NCBI GenBank assembly: GCA_045576755.1
Contig: JAZNHC010000159.1
Location: forward strand, 1 to 60,549
Origin: Alistipes sp.
GTDB lineage: Bacteria > Bacteroidota > Bacteroidia > Bacteroidales > Rikenellaceae
Length of the DNA: 60,549 nucleotides
Reading direction: 5' to 3'
The first letter of the stretch is position 1; each line of letters begins with the position of its first letter. The position numbers were made by a program, and so were the translations under genes. Below are positions 27,568 through 38,232 of the stretch, in pieces. The notes under the pieces were generated by a model. It saw nothing but the letters and a program-made list of their open reading frames with translations, made no database searches and was not told where the DNA came from.

Positions 27568-30084
27568 ATGGAGACACAAAAGAATAACACAGCGAGTACA
27601 AACGCCAAGGGCGAGAAGACTCAAAAGAAGACAAAGAACAAGAAAAAGATTGTCGTAATCCTGATGTGGATTTGCTTCTTGACACCAATCCTTTTGTTGG
27701 TGCTGATGCTCACACTGACAGGTTTGGGAGTGTTTGGCCGTATGCCATCATTCGAGGAGCTGGAGAATCCTAAGAGCAACCTCGCCACAGAGGTCTATGC
27801 CGACAATGGAGATATTATCGGCAGCTTCTTTGTTCAGAATCGATCCTACGTGCAGTATCCCGATCTCTTCCCCGAGGACTCGGCACAGCTTATCACGATA
27901 GACGGACGCAGGGTTCCGTATATAGCAGCTGCCCTCATCGCAACTGAGGATATCCGATACTATACCCATTCGGGTATCGACTTCATCTCGTTAGCGCGTG
28001 TAGGTGTCAAGACTATTGCTATGCAGAACACCTCACAAGGTGGTGGTAGTACCATCACCCAGCAACTTGCCAAGAACCTCTTCCCGCGAAACACATCGAA
28101 GGGTGAGGGCAAAGTTGTACGTATGGCACGACTTATCACCTCGAAGTTCAAGGAGTGGATCACAGCTGTAAAGCTCGAATACAACTACACCAAGGAGGAG
28201 ATTGTGGCAATGTATCTCAACACCGTAGAGTATGGCTCTAACGCCTTTGGTGTAAAGTCTGCAGCATCGATCTTTTTCGGCAAATCGCCCGAAGAGTTGA
28301 ATATTCAGGAGGCTGCCGTATTGGTTGGTGTGGTGAACGCTCCGACACGTTATTCGCCAGTACGCAACCCTAAGAATGCGTTGGCACGACGCAACCTCGT
28401 CCTCAAGCGTATAGCCGAGGCGGGAGGTATCACCGAGGCACAGTATGACTCGTTGTCGGTACTCCCTATCACACTGAACTACAAACCTGTGTCGCACAAC
28501 TACGGCGAGGCTACATACTTCCGCGAAATGATACGTCTGACTATGACAGCCGAACGTCCAAAGCGAAGAAACTTCTACACAGAGTGGGACTACGAGCAGG
28601 CTTGCAAAGAGTATGACGAGAATCCGATTGTGGGATGGTGTCACAAGAACTTCAAGTCGGACGGAACACCGTACGACATCTATCGTGACGGCTTGAAAAT
28701 CTACACAACCATCAATACCGCCATGCAGAATTATGCCGAGGAGGCGATGTTGCGTCAGATGAAGAATGTGATACAGCCGGCAATGGACAGACAAGTACGA
28801 AGAACGGGCGTATTGTTCAAGAACACACCGAGAGCAAAGGCCGAGAAGAAGATTATGGCAGCTATCCATGAATCGGATCGCTACTACCGTCTGAAGGAGG
28901 AGGGCCTCTCCGAGGAGGAGATCCTCGAGAACTTCAAGAAACCTTGCAATATGAAGGTCTTCACCTATAACGGCGAGCGCGACACTCTCCTATCGCCACG
29001 CGACTCGATCCTGCACCACAAGCGCATTATGCGTGCAGGTTTCGTGGCTATCGAGACCCGAACAGGATATGTCAAGGCCTACGTGGGTGGACCATCGTTC
29101 CAATACTTCAAGTACGATATGGCAAAGCAGGGTAAGCGACAGGTGGGATCGACAGTGAAGCCATTTGTCTACACCTTCGCACTCGACCACCTCGGTTTCA
29201 CCCCTTGTACAATGGTGCCAAACCTCCCTGTAACCATCTACACCGGTAACGGACAGGAGTGGACTCCAAAGGAGGCAGGAAACGTTGAGTACAACGGTAA
29301 TTTGCACCCATTGCGTTGGGGCTTGACATACAGTCGCAACAACTACTCGGCTTGGATTATGAAACAATCTCGTCGCCCCGAGGCTGTGGCAGACTTCATT
29401 CACAATATGGGTGTCGATAGCTACATCGCTCCGGCATACGCCCTCTGTTTGGGTGCGTTCGAGTCGAGTGTATACGAGATGGTAAGCGCCTACACAACCT
29501 TCGCAAACGAGGGTGTTCACAACACACCTCTCTTCGTGACACACATCGAGGATCGTCACGGCAACATAATATCGTCGTTCACAACCTCATCGCGCGAGGC
29601 TATCAGCAAACATACAGCATACACTATGCTTACTATGATGCGAAACGTAATCGTTAATGGAACGGGTAGACGAATGGTTTGGCAGTATGGAATGAACGGT
29701 GTTGATGTTGCCGGCAAAACCGGAACAACCAACGAAAACCGCGATGCATGGTTTATTTGTGTCACCCCTCGCATCTCGGCAGGTGCCTGGGTAGGTGGCG
29801 AGGACAACACCATCTGTCTCAGCAGCCAAGGTGAGGGTAGCGTTGTGGCACTTCCTATCGTGGGTGACTTCCTCCGCAACGTACACAAGGATCCAAACAT
29901 CAACATTAGCCGTCGTGACCGCTTCGTACGCCCTTCGAGATGGCGTTTTATGTCGTGTCCTGACGAAGTTGGTGTTGAAGAGGTGGACGAGAAAGAGAAG
30001 GAGGATAAGGATGCTCCGACCATTGCACCAACTCAAAATCGCACCGTACGAGGCGAATCGACCAACGATGAGTTCTTCGATTAA
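27568..30084 (+). CDS. mrcA: Class A penicillin-binding protein (PBP1A)
   Basis: TM anchor; ED.RY..H.GID, GGSTITQQLAKN; STVK, SRN, KTG. Confidence 0.92.
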   Translation: METQKNNTASTNAKGEKTQKKTKNKKKIVVILMWICFLTPILLLVLMLTLTGLGVFGRMPSFEELENPKSNLATEVYADNGDIIGSFFVQNRSYVQYPDLFPEDSAQLITIDGRRVPYIAAALIATEDIRYYTHSGIDFISLARVGVKTIAMQNTSQGGGSTITQQLAKNLFPRNTSKGEGKVVRMARLITSKFKEWITAVKLEYNYTKEEIVAMYLNTVEYGSNAFGVKSAASIFFGKSPEELNIQEAAVLVGVVNAPTRYSPVRNPKNALARRNLVLKRIAEAGGITEAQYDSLSVLPITLNYKPVSHNYGEATYFREMIRLTMTAERPKRRNFYTEWDYEQACKEYDENPIVGWCHKNFKSDGTPYDIYRDGLKIYTTINTAMQNYAEEAMLRQMKNVIQPAMDRQVRRTGVLFKNTPRAKAEKKIMAAIHESDRYYRLKEEGLSEEEILENFKKPCNMKVFTYNGERDTLLSPRDSILHHKRIMRAGFVAIETRTGYVKAYVGGPSFQYFKYDMAKQGKRQVGSTVKPFVYTFALDHLGFTPCTMVPNLPVTIYTGNGQEWTPKEAGNVEYNGNLHPLRWGLTYSRNNYSAWIMKQSRRPEAVADFIHNMGVDSYIAPAYALCLGAFESSVYEMVSAYTTFANEGVHNTPLFVTHIEDRHGNIISSFTTSSREAISKHTAYTMLTMMRNVIVNGTGRRMVWQYGMNGVDVAGKTGTTNENRDAWFICVTPRISAGAWVGGEDNTICLSSQGEGSVVALPIVGDFLRNVHKDPNINISRRDRFVRPSRWRFMSCPDEVGVEEVDEKEKEDKDAPTIAPTQNRTVRGESTNDEFFD

Positions 30085-30237
30085 AGATTGCAATTGCATT
30101 GGATGATCGCCGTGAGAAGAAAAAATGGGATTACCGATTGTTATTGGTAGACTTTCATAATTTCCTTCACTATACGGCAGAACCTCAAAAACCAAGTAAG
30201 ATAAATTAAACTAACAACATAAAGTAACACGAAAATT

Positions 30238-31248
30238 ATGAAAGTCGCAGTAGTTGGCGCAAGTGGCGCCGTAGGTCAGGAGTTTTTGAAGATTCTCGAT
30301 GAGCACAACTTCCCACTCGACGAGTTGGTATTGTTTGGTTCATCTCGTAGTGCGGGACAGACCCGTACTTTCAGAGGCAAGGATATCGTTATCAAGGAGT
30401 TGCAGCACAACGACGATTTCAAGGATATAGATCTCGCATTGGTATCGGCGGGTGGTTCGATTTCGCGCGACTATGCCGAGACAATCACCAAGTACGGCTG
30501 TTTGATGATCGATAATTCGAGCTGCTACCGCATGGATAACGATGTGCCATTGGTTGTACCGGAGGTTAATGCCGAGGACGCTTTGAACGCTCCTCGTCGC
30601 ATCATTGCCAACCCCAACTGCACAACTATCCAGATGGTGGTTGCATTGAACGCCATCGAGAAGCTCTCGCACATCAAGCGAGTACACGTTTCGACCTACC
30701 AGTCGGCAAGTGGAGCCGGAGCACAAGCTATGGCGGAGTTGGAGGAGCAGCACGCATCGCTCGCGAGGGGCGAGGAGGCAAAGGTCGAGAAGTTTGCTTA
30801 TCAGCTGGCTTTCAATGTCATTCCTCACATCGACGTCTTCACCGAGAACGACTACACCAAGGAGGAGATGAAGATGCACAACGAGACTCGCAAGATTCTC
30901 CATTCGGACATTGCAGTATCGGCGACGTGCGTACGCGTGCCCGTTATGCGTGCACACTCGGAGAGCATCTGGGTTGAGACCGAACGCCCGATATCGCCGG
31001 AGGAGGCACGTAAGGTCTTTGCCGAGGCTGAAGGCGTGGTTGTGGTGGATAATCCGGCAGAGAAGGAGTACCCGATGCCACTGTTTATTGCCGGCAAGGA
31101 GCCTGTATACGTTGGCCGCATCCGCAAGGACTTGACCTGCGAGAATGGCTTGACATTCTGGTGCGTAGCCGATCAAATCAAGAAGGGTGCTGCCTTGAAT
31201 GCGGTACAGATTGCCGAGTGGTTGATTGCCAAGGGAGTTTTGCGATAA
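30238..31248 (+). CDS. asd: Aspartate-semialdehyde dehydrogenase
   Basis: [38 protein letters not shown]. Confidence 0.97.
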   Translation: MKVAVVGASGAVGQEFLKILDEHNFPLDELVLFGSSRSAGQTRTFRGKDIVIKELQHNDDFKDIDLALVSAGGSISRDYAETITKYGCLMIDNSSCYRMDNDVPLVVPEVNAEDALNAPRRIIANPNCTTIQMVVALNAIEKLSHIKRVHVSTYQSASGAGAQAMAELEEQHASLARGEEAKVEKFAYQLAFNVIPHIDVFTENDYTKEEMKMHNETRKILHSDIAVSATCVRVPVMRAHSESIWVETERPISPEEARKVFAEAEGVVVVDNPAEKEYPMPLFIAGKEPVYVGRIRKDLTCENGLTFWCVADQIKKGAALNAVQIAEWLIAKGVLR

Positions 31249-31285
31249 AATATCGCATAAATTTTGCGGTTTGATATATTTGGTA

Positions 31286-31293
31286 TAACTTTG
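31286..31293 (+). promoter_or_regulatory. -7 promoter element of the bamD operon
   Basis: TAACTTTG(CA). Confidence 0.65.
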
Positions 31294-31336
31294 CACGATT
31301 TAGCACGCATACGCGCGTGAAGAGATATTTGCTTTT

Positions 31337-32236
31337 ATGATTAGAGTATCCGGAAAGAGTGTTGTTTTATTGCTGTGTTCGATATTTTTTATCGGCACGG
31401 CTGTCGCACGACCAGAGAAGGAGAACAAGGAGAAGGAGAATAAGATGACCGTTCGCGAGCAGGTCGAGAGCGGCAAGAAGGTCAGCATTCACAAGATCAT
31501 CAAGAGTGCCGACCCTGACCTCATCTACTCGACAGCCCTCAAATACTATGAGCGCGAGAAGTGGCATCAGGCCGGAGATCTGTTCGATGCCTGCCAGGCA
31601 TACTTTGTGGGCAATGTACAGGAGGATTCTATCGCATTCTTCTCGGCACGAAGCAAGTTCAAGGATCGCAACTATGTGGATGCTACGGTGCAACTTGACG
31701 AGTTCCGTCGCAAGTATGGTCGAAGCGTATTCATCGAGGACTCGGAGGCGATGTTGGCTATGTGCCACTACTACCTCTCGCCAGACCCTACGCGCGACCA
31801 GACCGTCACCAGCGAGGCAATCATCGCCTTCTCGGAGTTTATCGAGCGATATCCCAACTCGAAGAGGGTGGATGCGTTCAAGGAGTTGATTGTCGAGCTC
31901 ACCGAGCGCCTGAAGACCAAGGCATACATCAACGCTTACACCTACTACAAGATCCAACGATACAAGTCGGCTGTGGTGGCACTGCGAAATGCGTTGAAGG
32001 CGTATCCCGACACTCCACACCGCGAGGAGATACTCTACCTGATTACCGTATCGAACTACCGCTTGGCGCACAACTCCATTGAGGAGAAGCAGGGCGAACG
32101 TTACTTGAATGTACTCGATTCGTACTACTCGTTCATCAACGAATTCCCCGAGTCGAAGCATCGCAAGGAGCTCGAGCGATACATCAAGGAGTCGAAAGAT
32201 TATTTGGATAAAAACAACATAGAAAAACAAAAATAG
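31337..32236 (+). CDS. bamD: Outer membrane protein assembly factor BamD
   Basis: TPR protein with SPDPTRDQT.T, FIERYPNS, YYSFINEFPES; sits before rpoZ-coaBC. Confidence 0.88.
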   Translation: MIRVSGKSVVLLLCSIFFIGTAVARPEKENKEKENKMTVREQVESGKKVSIHKIIKSADPDLIYSTALKYYEREKWHQAGDLFDACQAYFVGNVQEDSIAFFSARSKFKDRNYVDATVQLDEFRRKYGRSVFIEDSEAMLAMCHYYLSPDPTRDQTVTSEAIIAFSEFIERYPNSKRVDAFKELIVELTERLKTKAYINAYTYYKIQRYKSAVVALRNALKAYPDTPHREEILYLITVSNYRLAHNSIEEKQGERYLNVLDSYYSFINEFPESKHRKELERYIKESKDYLDKNNIEKQK

Positions 32237-32238
32237 AG

Positions 32239-32553
32239 ATGGAGATTAAGAAGAACATTCCGAACAACACCGTAACTCGTAAGCTCGTAGATTTCGACCA
32301 CGAGACCGGTAATGTTTACAAGAGCATCAATGTTATCGCTCGCCGTGCAAACCAGATCGCATCGGAGTTGAAGAGCGAGTTGAATCGCAAGCTCGCAGAT
32401 TTCTTGTCGCCTACCGACACCATGGAGGAGACCTTCGAGAACCGTGAGCAGATCGAGATTTCGCGCTACTATGAGCGTCTTCCGAAGCCGGCTATCATCG
32501 CTACTGAGGAGTTCCTCGACGACGAGATCTACTTCCGCGAGGGCAAGGAGTAA
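32239..32553 (+). CDS. rpoZ: RNA polymerase omega subunit
   Basis: TGNVY....IARRANQI, FENREQIEISRYYERLPKP. Confidence 0.92.
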   Translation: MEIKKNIPNNTVTRKLVDFDHETGNVYKSINVIARRANQIASELKSELNRKLADFLSPTDTMEETFENREQIEISRYYERLPKPAIIATEEFLDDEIYFREGKE

Positions 32554-32559
32554 ACGACT

Positions 32560-33750
32560 ATGCTACAGGGAAAACATATCCTGCTCGGTATAACCGGAAG
32601 CATAGCGGCATATAAGGCTGCTATGCTTTGTCGTCTTTTGCGCGTGGCAGGAGCCGAGGTCAAGGTTGTGATGACTCCGACAGCCAAAGAGTTCATCACA
32701 CCCGTCACTATGGCAACTTTGTCGAAGAATCCGATTGCGGTAGAGTTCTACAACCCCGAGAATGGCGATTGGCATTCGCATATCGCTATGGGCGAGTGGG
32801 CAGATTGCTACCTCATTGCTCCGGCTACTGCCAACACCATCGCCAAGATGGCATACGGCATTGCCGACAATCTGCTGCTGACAACCTACCTCTCGGCACG
32901 TTGTCGCACAGTGGTAGCTCCGGCAATGGATTGTGATATGTTCTGCCACACGGCAACACAAGAGAACATTGCCAAGTTGCGTGAGCGCGGTGTGATGATT
33001 CTCGAGTCACCCGAAGGTGAGTTGGCAAGCGGACTTACGGGCAAGGGTCGTATGATGGAGCCCGAGCAGATTGTCGAGGAGATAAAAAACCTCTTTGCCG
33101 CACAGCAGACCTTGAAGGGTAAGCGCGTGATGGTGACTGCGGGAGCAACAATCGAGGCGATAGACCCTGTTCGCTACATCTCGAACCACTCTACCGGCAA
33201 GATGGGCTACGCCATAGCCGATTCACTCGCCAAGCGAGGTGCCGAAGTGGTACTCGTATCGGGCAAAACAGCTCTTCACGTACCACAAGGGGTACGTCGC
33301 GTGGATGTTGTCTCGGCAGAGGATATGTACGAGGCTGCCGTGAGGGAGTTTGAAGCGGCAGATTGCGCAGTTATGTGCGCAGCGGTGGCGGACTACACCC
33401 CTGCGGTGGTTAGCGATAGCAAGATCAAGAAGAGCGATGCCGAATTTACGCTCTCGCTGCGCAAGACCAAGGATATCGCCTACGAGTTGGGCAAGGTGAA
33501 GGGTTCGCGCAAGATTGTGGGCTTTGCCTTGGAGACCAACGACGAGCAGTCGAATGCCGAAAAGAAGCTTGCAAGCAAGAATCTCGATATGATAGTTCTC
33601 AATTCGCTACGCGACAAGGGTGCAGGCTTCGGCTGCGACACCAACAAAGTTACATTCATCGACGCATCACAACGCGAAGAGTTGCCTCTAATGTCGAAGG
33701 CAGAGGTTGCCGAGCGCATTGTGGATTGCATCGAAAAAATCTTAAAATAG
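32560..33750 (+). CDS. coaBC: Phosphopantothenoylcysteine decarboxylase/synthetase
   Basis: GITGSIAAYK, APATAN, DPVRYISNHSTGKMG, GFALET. Confidence 0.96.
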   Translation: MLQGKHILLGITGSIAAYKAAMLCRLLRVAGAEVKVVMTPTAKEFITPVTMATLSKNPIAVEFYNPENGDWHSHIAMGEWADCYLIAPATANTIAKMAYGIADNLLLTTYLSARCRTVVAPAMDCDMFCHTATQENIAKLRERGVMILESPEGELASGLTGKGRMMEPEQIVEEIKNLFAAQQTLKGKRVMVTAGATIEAIDPVRYISNHSTGKMGYAIADSLAKRGAEVVLVSGKTALHVPQGVRRVDVVSAEDMYEAAVREFEAADCAVMCAAVADYTPAVVSDSKIKKSDAEFTLSLRKTKDIAYELGKVKGSRKIVGFALETNDEQSNAEKKLASKNLDMIVLNSLRDKGAGFGCDTNKVTFIDASQREELPLMSKAEVAERIVDCIEKILK

Positions 33751-33758
33751 TATACGCC

Positions 33759-35399
33759 GTGCTACGAAGATTGGTTGTAGAGAACTACGCTCTTATCGAG
33801 CACCTCGAAATCGAGTTCGACTCCTCGCTCAACATCATCACGGGTGAGACAGGAGCCGGAAAGTCGATTTTGATGGGTGCTTTGGCGCTGTTGCTCGGAG
33901 CCAAGAACGACAGCACAACCATCAAGGACAATACTCGCGCCTGCGTCGTAGAGGGTGAATTTGACATTGCCCGACTCGGCTTGGAGGAGGTTTTTGCAGA
34001 GTTGGACATCGAGTACGACCACGAAACAATCATACGTCGTACCATCTCGCCAAGTGGCAAGAGCCGCGCTTTTGTAAACGATCAACCGGTACAACTCTCC
34101 GACCTGAAACAACTTGGAGCCTACCTCATCGACATACACTCGCAACACCAAAACCTTATCCTCTCGTCGCCTCAATTCCGTATTCGCGCCATCGACACCA
34201 TAGCCGGCAACACAGAGCTCCTTGCCGAGTATGGCAAGGCATACAGCGCATTGCAGGAGGCAAAACACGCCCTTGCGGAGTTGCAGCAGACGGCAAAACG
34301 CAACGCTGACGAGGAGGATTGGCTGCGTTATCAGGCTGAAGAGTTGCAAAAGGCATCACTTCGTGTAGGCGAAGTGGAGGAGTTGGAGCAGGAGCTACGC
34401 ACACTCGAAAATGCCGACGCAATAAGCGAAGCTCTGCAGCGCGTAACCGGTTCGTTAGACGAGGAGGTTACGGGTGTACTGACAACTCTTCGCGAGGCGG
34501 AAAATGCCCTGCGTCGCGTATCGGAGAGCTACGCCTCGGCTGAGGGTCTTATAGATCGACTGCACTCGACGGCTGTCGAACTGAAGGATATCAGCGCAAC
34601 CACATCCTACGACTTGGAACGATTGGAGTCCAATCCGGAGCGCCTCGATGCGGTAAATAGCCGACTCGATCTTATCTATACACTGCAAAGAAAGCATCGT
34701 TGCGAGGGTATCGAGGAGCTTATCTCGCTGCGAGACAAATACATAGCGCAACTATCGGCTATCGAACATAGCGACGAGATGGTTCGGGAGGCAGAGGCGA
34801 AGGTTGCCAAATGCGAAAAGGTGGCGACGGCACTTTCCGTAAAACTGCACGATGCCCGAATTAAGGCTTCACCTACATTTGCGAAGGAGGTAGTGGATAT
34901 TTTGCACAACGTAGCTATGGCAGATGCCGAGTTCAAGATTGCCGTAACACCTACTGCGCCATCGCTTTCGGGTGCAGACCAGGTCGATTTCCTCTTCTCG
35001 GCAAATGCGGCAGTTGAGCCTCGTCCAATCGAAAAGATCGCTTCAGGCGGTGAGCTTTCGCGCGTGATGCTGGCACTCAAGACCATCCTCGCACGACACC
35101 TCGCACTCCCTACAATCATATTTGACGAGATCGATACCGGCATCTCGGGTCGCACCGCCAACGACGTGGGTGACATCATAAGTCAGCTCGCCAAGTCGAT
35201 GCAGGTAATCGACATAACCCACTCGCCACAGGTTGCATCGAAGGGCTCGCGCCACTTCCTTGTCTACAAGGAGCAGAGCCGCACCCATATCCGCCCACTC
35301 TCCACCGAGGAGCGTGTGGAGGAGATTGCCAAGACGCTTTCGGGCGACACCATCACAGAGGCAGCTCTTGCTCAGGCAAAGCACCTCCTCTCACTCTAA
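33759..35399 (+). CDS. recN: DNA repair protein RecN
   Basis: GTG start MLRRL.VENYALI; TGETGAGKS, ASGGELSR, IFDEIDTG, ITHSPQVA. Confidence 0.95.
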   Translation: MLRRLVVENYALIEHLEIEFDSSLNIITGETGAGKSILMGALALLLGAKNDSTTIKDNTRACVVEGEFDIARLGLEEVFAELDIEYDHETIIRRTISPSGKSRAFVNDQPVQLSDLKQLGAYLIDIHSQHQNLILSSPQFRIRAIDTIAGNTELLAEYGKAYSALQEAKHALAELQQTAKRNADEEDWLRYQAEELQKASLRVGEVEELEQELRTLENADAISEALQRVTGSLDEEVTGVLTTLREAENALRRVSESYASAEGLIDRLHSTAVELKDISATTSYDLERLESNPERLDAVNSRLDLIYTLQRKHRCEGIEELISLRDKYIAQLSAIEHSDEMVREAEAKVAKCEKVATALSVKLHDARIKASPTFAKEVVDILHNVAMADAEFKIAVTPTAPSLSGADQVDFLFSANAAVEPRPIEKIASGGELSRVMLALKTILARHLALPTIIFDEIDTGISGRTANDVGDIISQLAKSMQVIDITHSPQVASKGSRHFLVYKEQSRTHIRPLSTEERVEEIAKTLSGDTITEAALAQAKHLLSL

Positions 35400-35419
35400 A
35401 AAACAGGGCAACGAAGGCG

Positions 35420-36532
35420 GTGAAACGATTAGCACAAATAGCGACTCTCGTTGTTGTTGCACTTCTTTCGGCTTGCGGCAACAAGGAGATTGTGCGCAAC
35501 ACCGAGCCTCTCTACACCCCTCGCTATGCCGACTATTTCTCCATCGAACTCGACAAGGAGAGTGGCGACAAGCTGCTATGCATTAAAAATCCTTGGCAAG
35601 GAGCCGAGAATGTCAGCTACTACTACAAGATCGATACCGTAGCACCCCCAAAACGTATTGTGACAATGTCGTCGAGCCACGTGGCAATGCTCGATGTGCT
35701 GGGTTATGCCGACCATATCGTGGGTATTTCCGGATGCCAATTCATATACACCCCATCAATCAGCCAAGCAATAGCCGAAGGCAAGATCGGCGAGGTGGGC
35801 TACGATGCCGCCTTCGACTTCGAGAAGATTCGCGCCCTCAATGCCGACATTGTGCTTCTCTATGGCGTAGCAGGCGAGGAGCGCACAATGACCAACAAGC
35901 TCGATGAGATTCGTATACCTTATATATATATAGGCGACTACCTCGAAAAGAGCCCTCTCGGCAGAGCAGAGTGGGTGGTGGCAATAGCATCGCTCTGTGG
36001 TATGGAGGAGCAGGGTAAAGTCTTTTTCGAGGGGGTGGAGCAACGATACAACGCGCTACGAAACAAGAAACACTGTTCGGCATATCGTCCGCGCGTAATG
36101 CTCAACCTACCCTACCGCGATACGTGGTTTATGCCGCCACAGAACAGCTACATGGTACGCCTGATCGAGGATGCAGGAGGAGAGTACATACTCACCGACA
36201 ACGAAAAACAGAAGACAGAAAACGAAAATGTGTCGGCTCCGATCTCATTGGAGGAGGCATTGGTGCTCGCTTCGCGTGCCGATTTTTGGATTAACCTCGG
36301 ACAGACAGCATCGTTGGAGGAGTTGCGTGCCGTAGCACCTCGCTTTGCTAAGGTCGATGCGGTACAATTTGGTCGCATCTACAACAATACAAAACGAACC
36401 AACGCAAGTCGTGGTAGCGATTTTTGGGAGTCGGGAACAGTTCGCCCCGACTTAATACTCGCCGACCTCGTGAAGATTATTCACCACGAGGCACCTACCG
36501 ACTCGCTATACTACTATAAAAAAATGGAGTAA
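35420..36532 (+). CDS. ABC transporter substrate-binding lipoprotein (iron-siderophore/cobalamin, BtuF-like)
   Basis: Lipobox LSAC; DYLE.SPLGRAEW, DFWESG..RPDLIL. Confidence 0.88.
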   Translation: MKRLAQIATLVVVALLSACGNKEIVRNTEPLYTPRYADYFSIELDKESGDKLLCIKNPWQGAENVSYYYKIDTVAPPKRIVTMSSSHVAMLDVLGYADHIVGISGCQFIYTPSISQAIAEGKIGEVGYDAAFDFEKIRALNADIVLLYGVAGEERTMTNKLDEIRIPYIYIGDYLEKSPLGRAEWVVAIASLCGMEEQGKVFFEGVEQRYNALRNKKHCSAYRPRVMLNLPYRDTWFMPPQNSYMVRLIEDAGGEYILTDNEKQKTENENVSAPISLEEALVLASRADFWINLGQTASLEELRAVAPRFAKVDAVQFGRIYNNTKRTNASRGSDFWESGTVRPDLILADLVKIIHHEAPTDSLYYYKKME

Positions 36533-37524
36533 TGAAGGGTCGTACCACCATACTTTTTACCCTACTTATCGTACTTTGTGCGGTACTCTTTGTGGTGGAT
36601 ATAGCCGTTGGCTCCATCTCCATACCACTTCGTGAGGTCTGCTCGGCACTCCTTGGTGGTGGTACTGACGAAGTGCGCAGCATTGTGCTCGACATCCGCT
36701 TGGTGCGTGCCGTAGTGGCCGTCTTGGCAGGTGCGGCACTCTCTGTCAGCGGCCTGCAGATGCAGGTGCTGTTCCGTAACCCCTTGGCAGGACCATACGT
36801 TCTCGGAGTCTCGGCAGGTGCGAGTTTGGGCGTAGCACTCTTTCTGCTTGGCGCACCTCTCTTGGGTTTTGCACTCTCGCCAACCGCACAAAGCCTCGGT
36901 ACGGCAGGTGCTGCGTGGATAGGTTCGGCTGTGGTGCTGATGTTGGTGGTGGCTCTTGCTCGTCGCATCAAGGATATTATGGTAATGCTCATACTCGGCA
37001 TTATGCTCTCGTCGGGCGTGGGTGCTGTGGTCGAGATACTGCAATACTTCAGCAACGAAGCATCGCTCAAATCGTATGTCGTATGGACTATGGGCTCGTT
37101 AGGCGATGTTACTGCCTCGCAACTTGCACTACTCGCACCCGTAATAGTGGTGGGATTAGCGATGGTGCTATCGGCAATAAAACCGATGAATATGCTCCTT
37201 GCAGGTGAGCGTTATGCCGCCTCGATGGGACTTAATATTCCGCGTTCGCGCAATATAATCCTCGGCTCGACAACACTCCTTGCAGGTACGATAACTGCAT
37301 TTTGCGGACCCATAGGTTTTGTGGGTATTGCCGTACCGCATATTGCTCGAATGTTGTTCCGCACAGCCGACCACCGCATATTGCTGCCGGCAACCATACT
37401 GTCGGGTGTGGTGATGTTGCTCGTAGGAGATATTGTAGCAAAATATTTCGCCCTACCGATAAACACCATTACGGCACTTATGGGTATTCCGATTGTGATA
37501 TATATTGTAATGCGTCGCCGATGA
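36532..37524 (+). CDS. ABC transporter permease (FecCD/BtuC family)
   Basis: FRNPLAGPYVLG, GPIGFVGIAVPH; coupled via TAATG. Confidence 0.92.
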   Translation: MKGRTTILFTLLIVLCAVLFVVDIAVGSISIPLREVCSALLGGGTDEVRSIVLDIRLVRAVVAVLAGAALSVSGLQMQVLFRNPLAGPYVLGVSAGASLGVALFLLGAPLLGFALSPTAQSLGTAGAAWIGSAVVLMLVVALARRIKDIMVMLILGIMLSSGVGAVVEILQYFSNEASLKSYVVWTMGSLGDVTASQLALLAPVIVVGLAMVLSAIKPMNMLLAGERYAASMGLNIPRSRNIILGSTTLLAGTITAFCGPIGFVGIAVPHIARMLFRTADHRILLPATILSGVVMLLVGDIVAKYFALPINTITALMGIPIVIYIVMRRR

Positions 37525-38210
37525 TTCAACTCGAAAACATATCTCTCGCCTATGGCTCGCGCACGATATTGCGCGATGTGTCGCTCCACCTCCGCGCAGG
37601 CGAACTCTGTGCACTTGTGGGTCGCAATGGCGCCGGCAAGAGTACCCTTTTGCGGGCTTTGACATCGCACACCGACACCCGCATCAACGGCAAACCTCTC
37701 GGCAACACCTCTCCCGAACAGTTGGCGCAGAGTGTAGCAATAGTGACAACCGAACGCATCCGCATCGAAAACCTCCTGGTCGAAGATTTGGTGGCGTTGG
37801 GACGCGCACCCTACACCAATTGGGTGGGACACTTACAAGATATTGACCGCGAGATAGTTAGCGATGCTATAAAGGCTGTCGGAATGGAGGATTTCGCACA
37901 TCGCGACACCTCGTCGTTGTCGGACGGAGAGTTGCAGCGCGTAATGATTGCGCGTGCTATAGCGCAGCAGACACCTATAATTCTGCTCGACGAGCCAACC
38001 GCCTTCCTCGATATACCAACACGATTTGAGGTGTGCCGTCTGTTGGCGGACTTGGCGCATCGCAGTGGCAAATGCATTCTCTTTTCGACCCACGACATCG
38101 ACGCAGCGCTCCCCGTCTGCGACTCGTTTGCCATTATCGAAAATTGCGAGCTTCGCCAACTGCCAACCCAAGAGGCGGCAATCGAGATAGAGAGAATTTT
38201 CAAACAATAA
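37521..38210 (+). CDS. ABC transporter ATP-binding protein
   Basis: ATGA overlap; GRNGAGKS, LSDGE, LLDEPT. Confidence 0.92.
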   Translation: MIQLENISLAYGSRTILRDVSLHLRAGELCALVGRNGAGKSTLLRALTSHTDTRINGKPLGNTSPEQLAQSVAIVTTERIRIENLLVEDLVALGRAPYTNWVGHLQDIDREIVSDAIKAVGMEDFAHRDTSSLSDGELQRVMIARAIAQQTPIILLDEPTAFLDIPTRFEVCRLLADLAHRSGKCILFSTHDIDAALPVCDSFAIIENCELRQLPTQEAAIEIERIFKQ

Positions 38211-38232
38211 TCATAAACCAAAACTAATAACT

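Noticed and set aside
30085-30237. Lysine riboswitch or attenuator before asd
   Set aside because: Only a small hairpin (TACCGAT/ATTGGTA); no riboswitch core or leader peptide seen
30340-31296. 318-aa antisense ORF over asd (likewise 24451-25896, 5897-7201, 49287-50570, 54866-55720, 19627-20667, 11910-12965)
   Set aside because: Shadow frames opposite well-supported genes; expected from codon bias; no recognisable motifs
37302-37520. Extended N-terminus of the ABC ATPase
   Set aside because: Lies within the permease gene; the ATGA overlap at 37521 is the natural start
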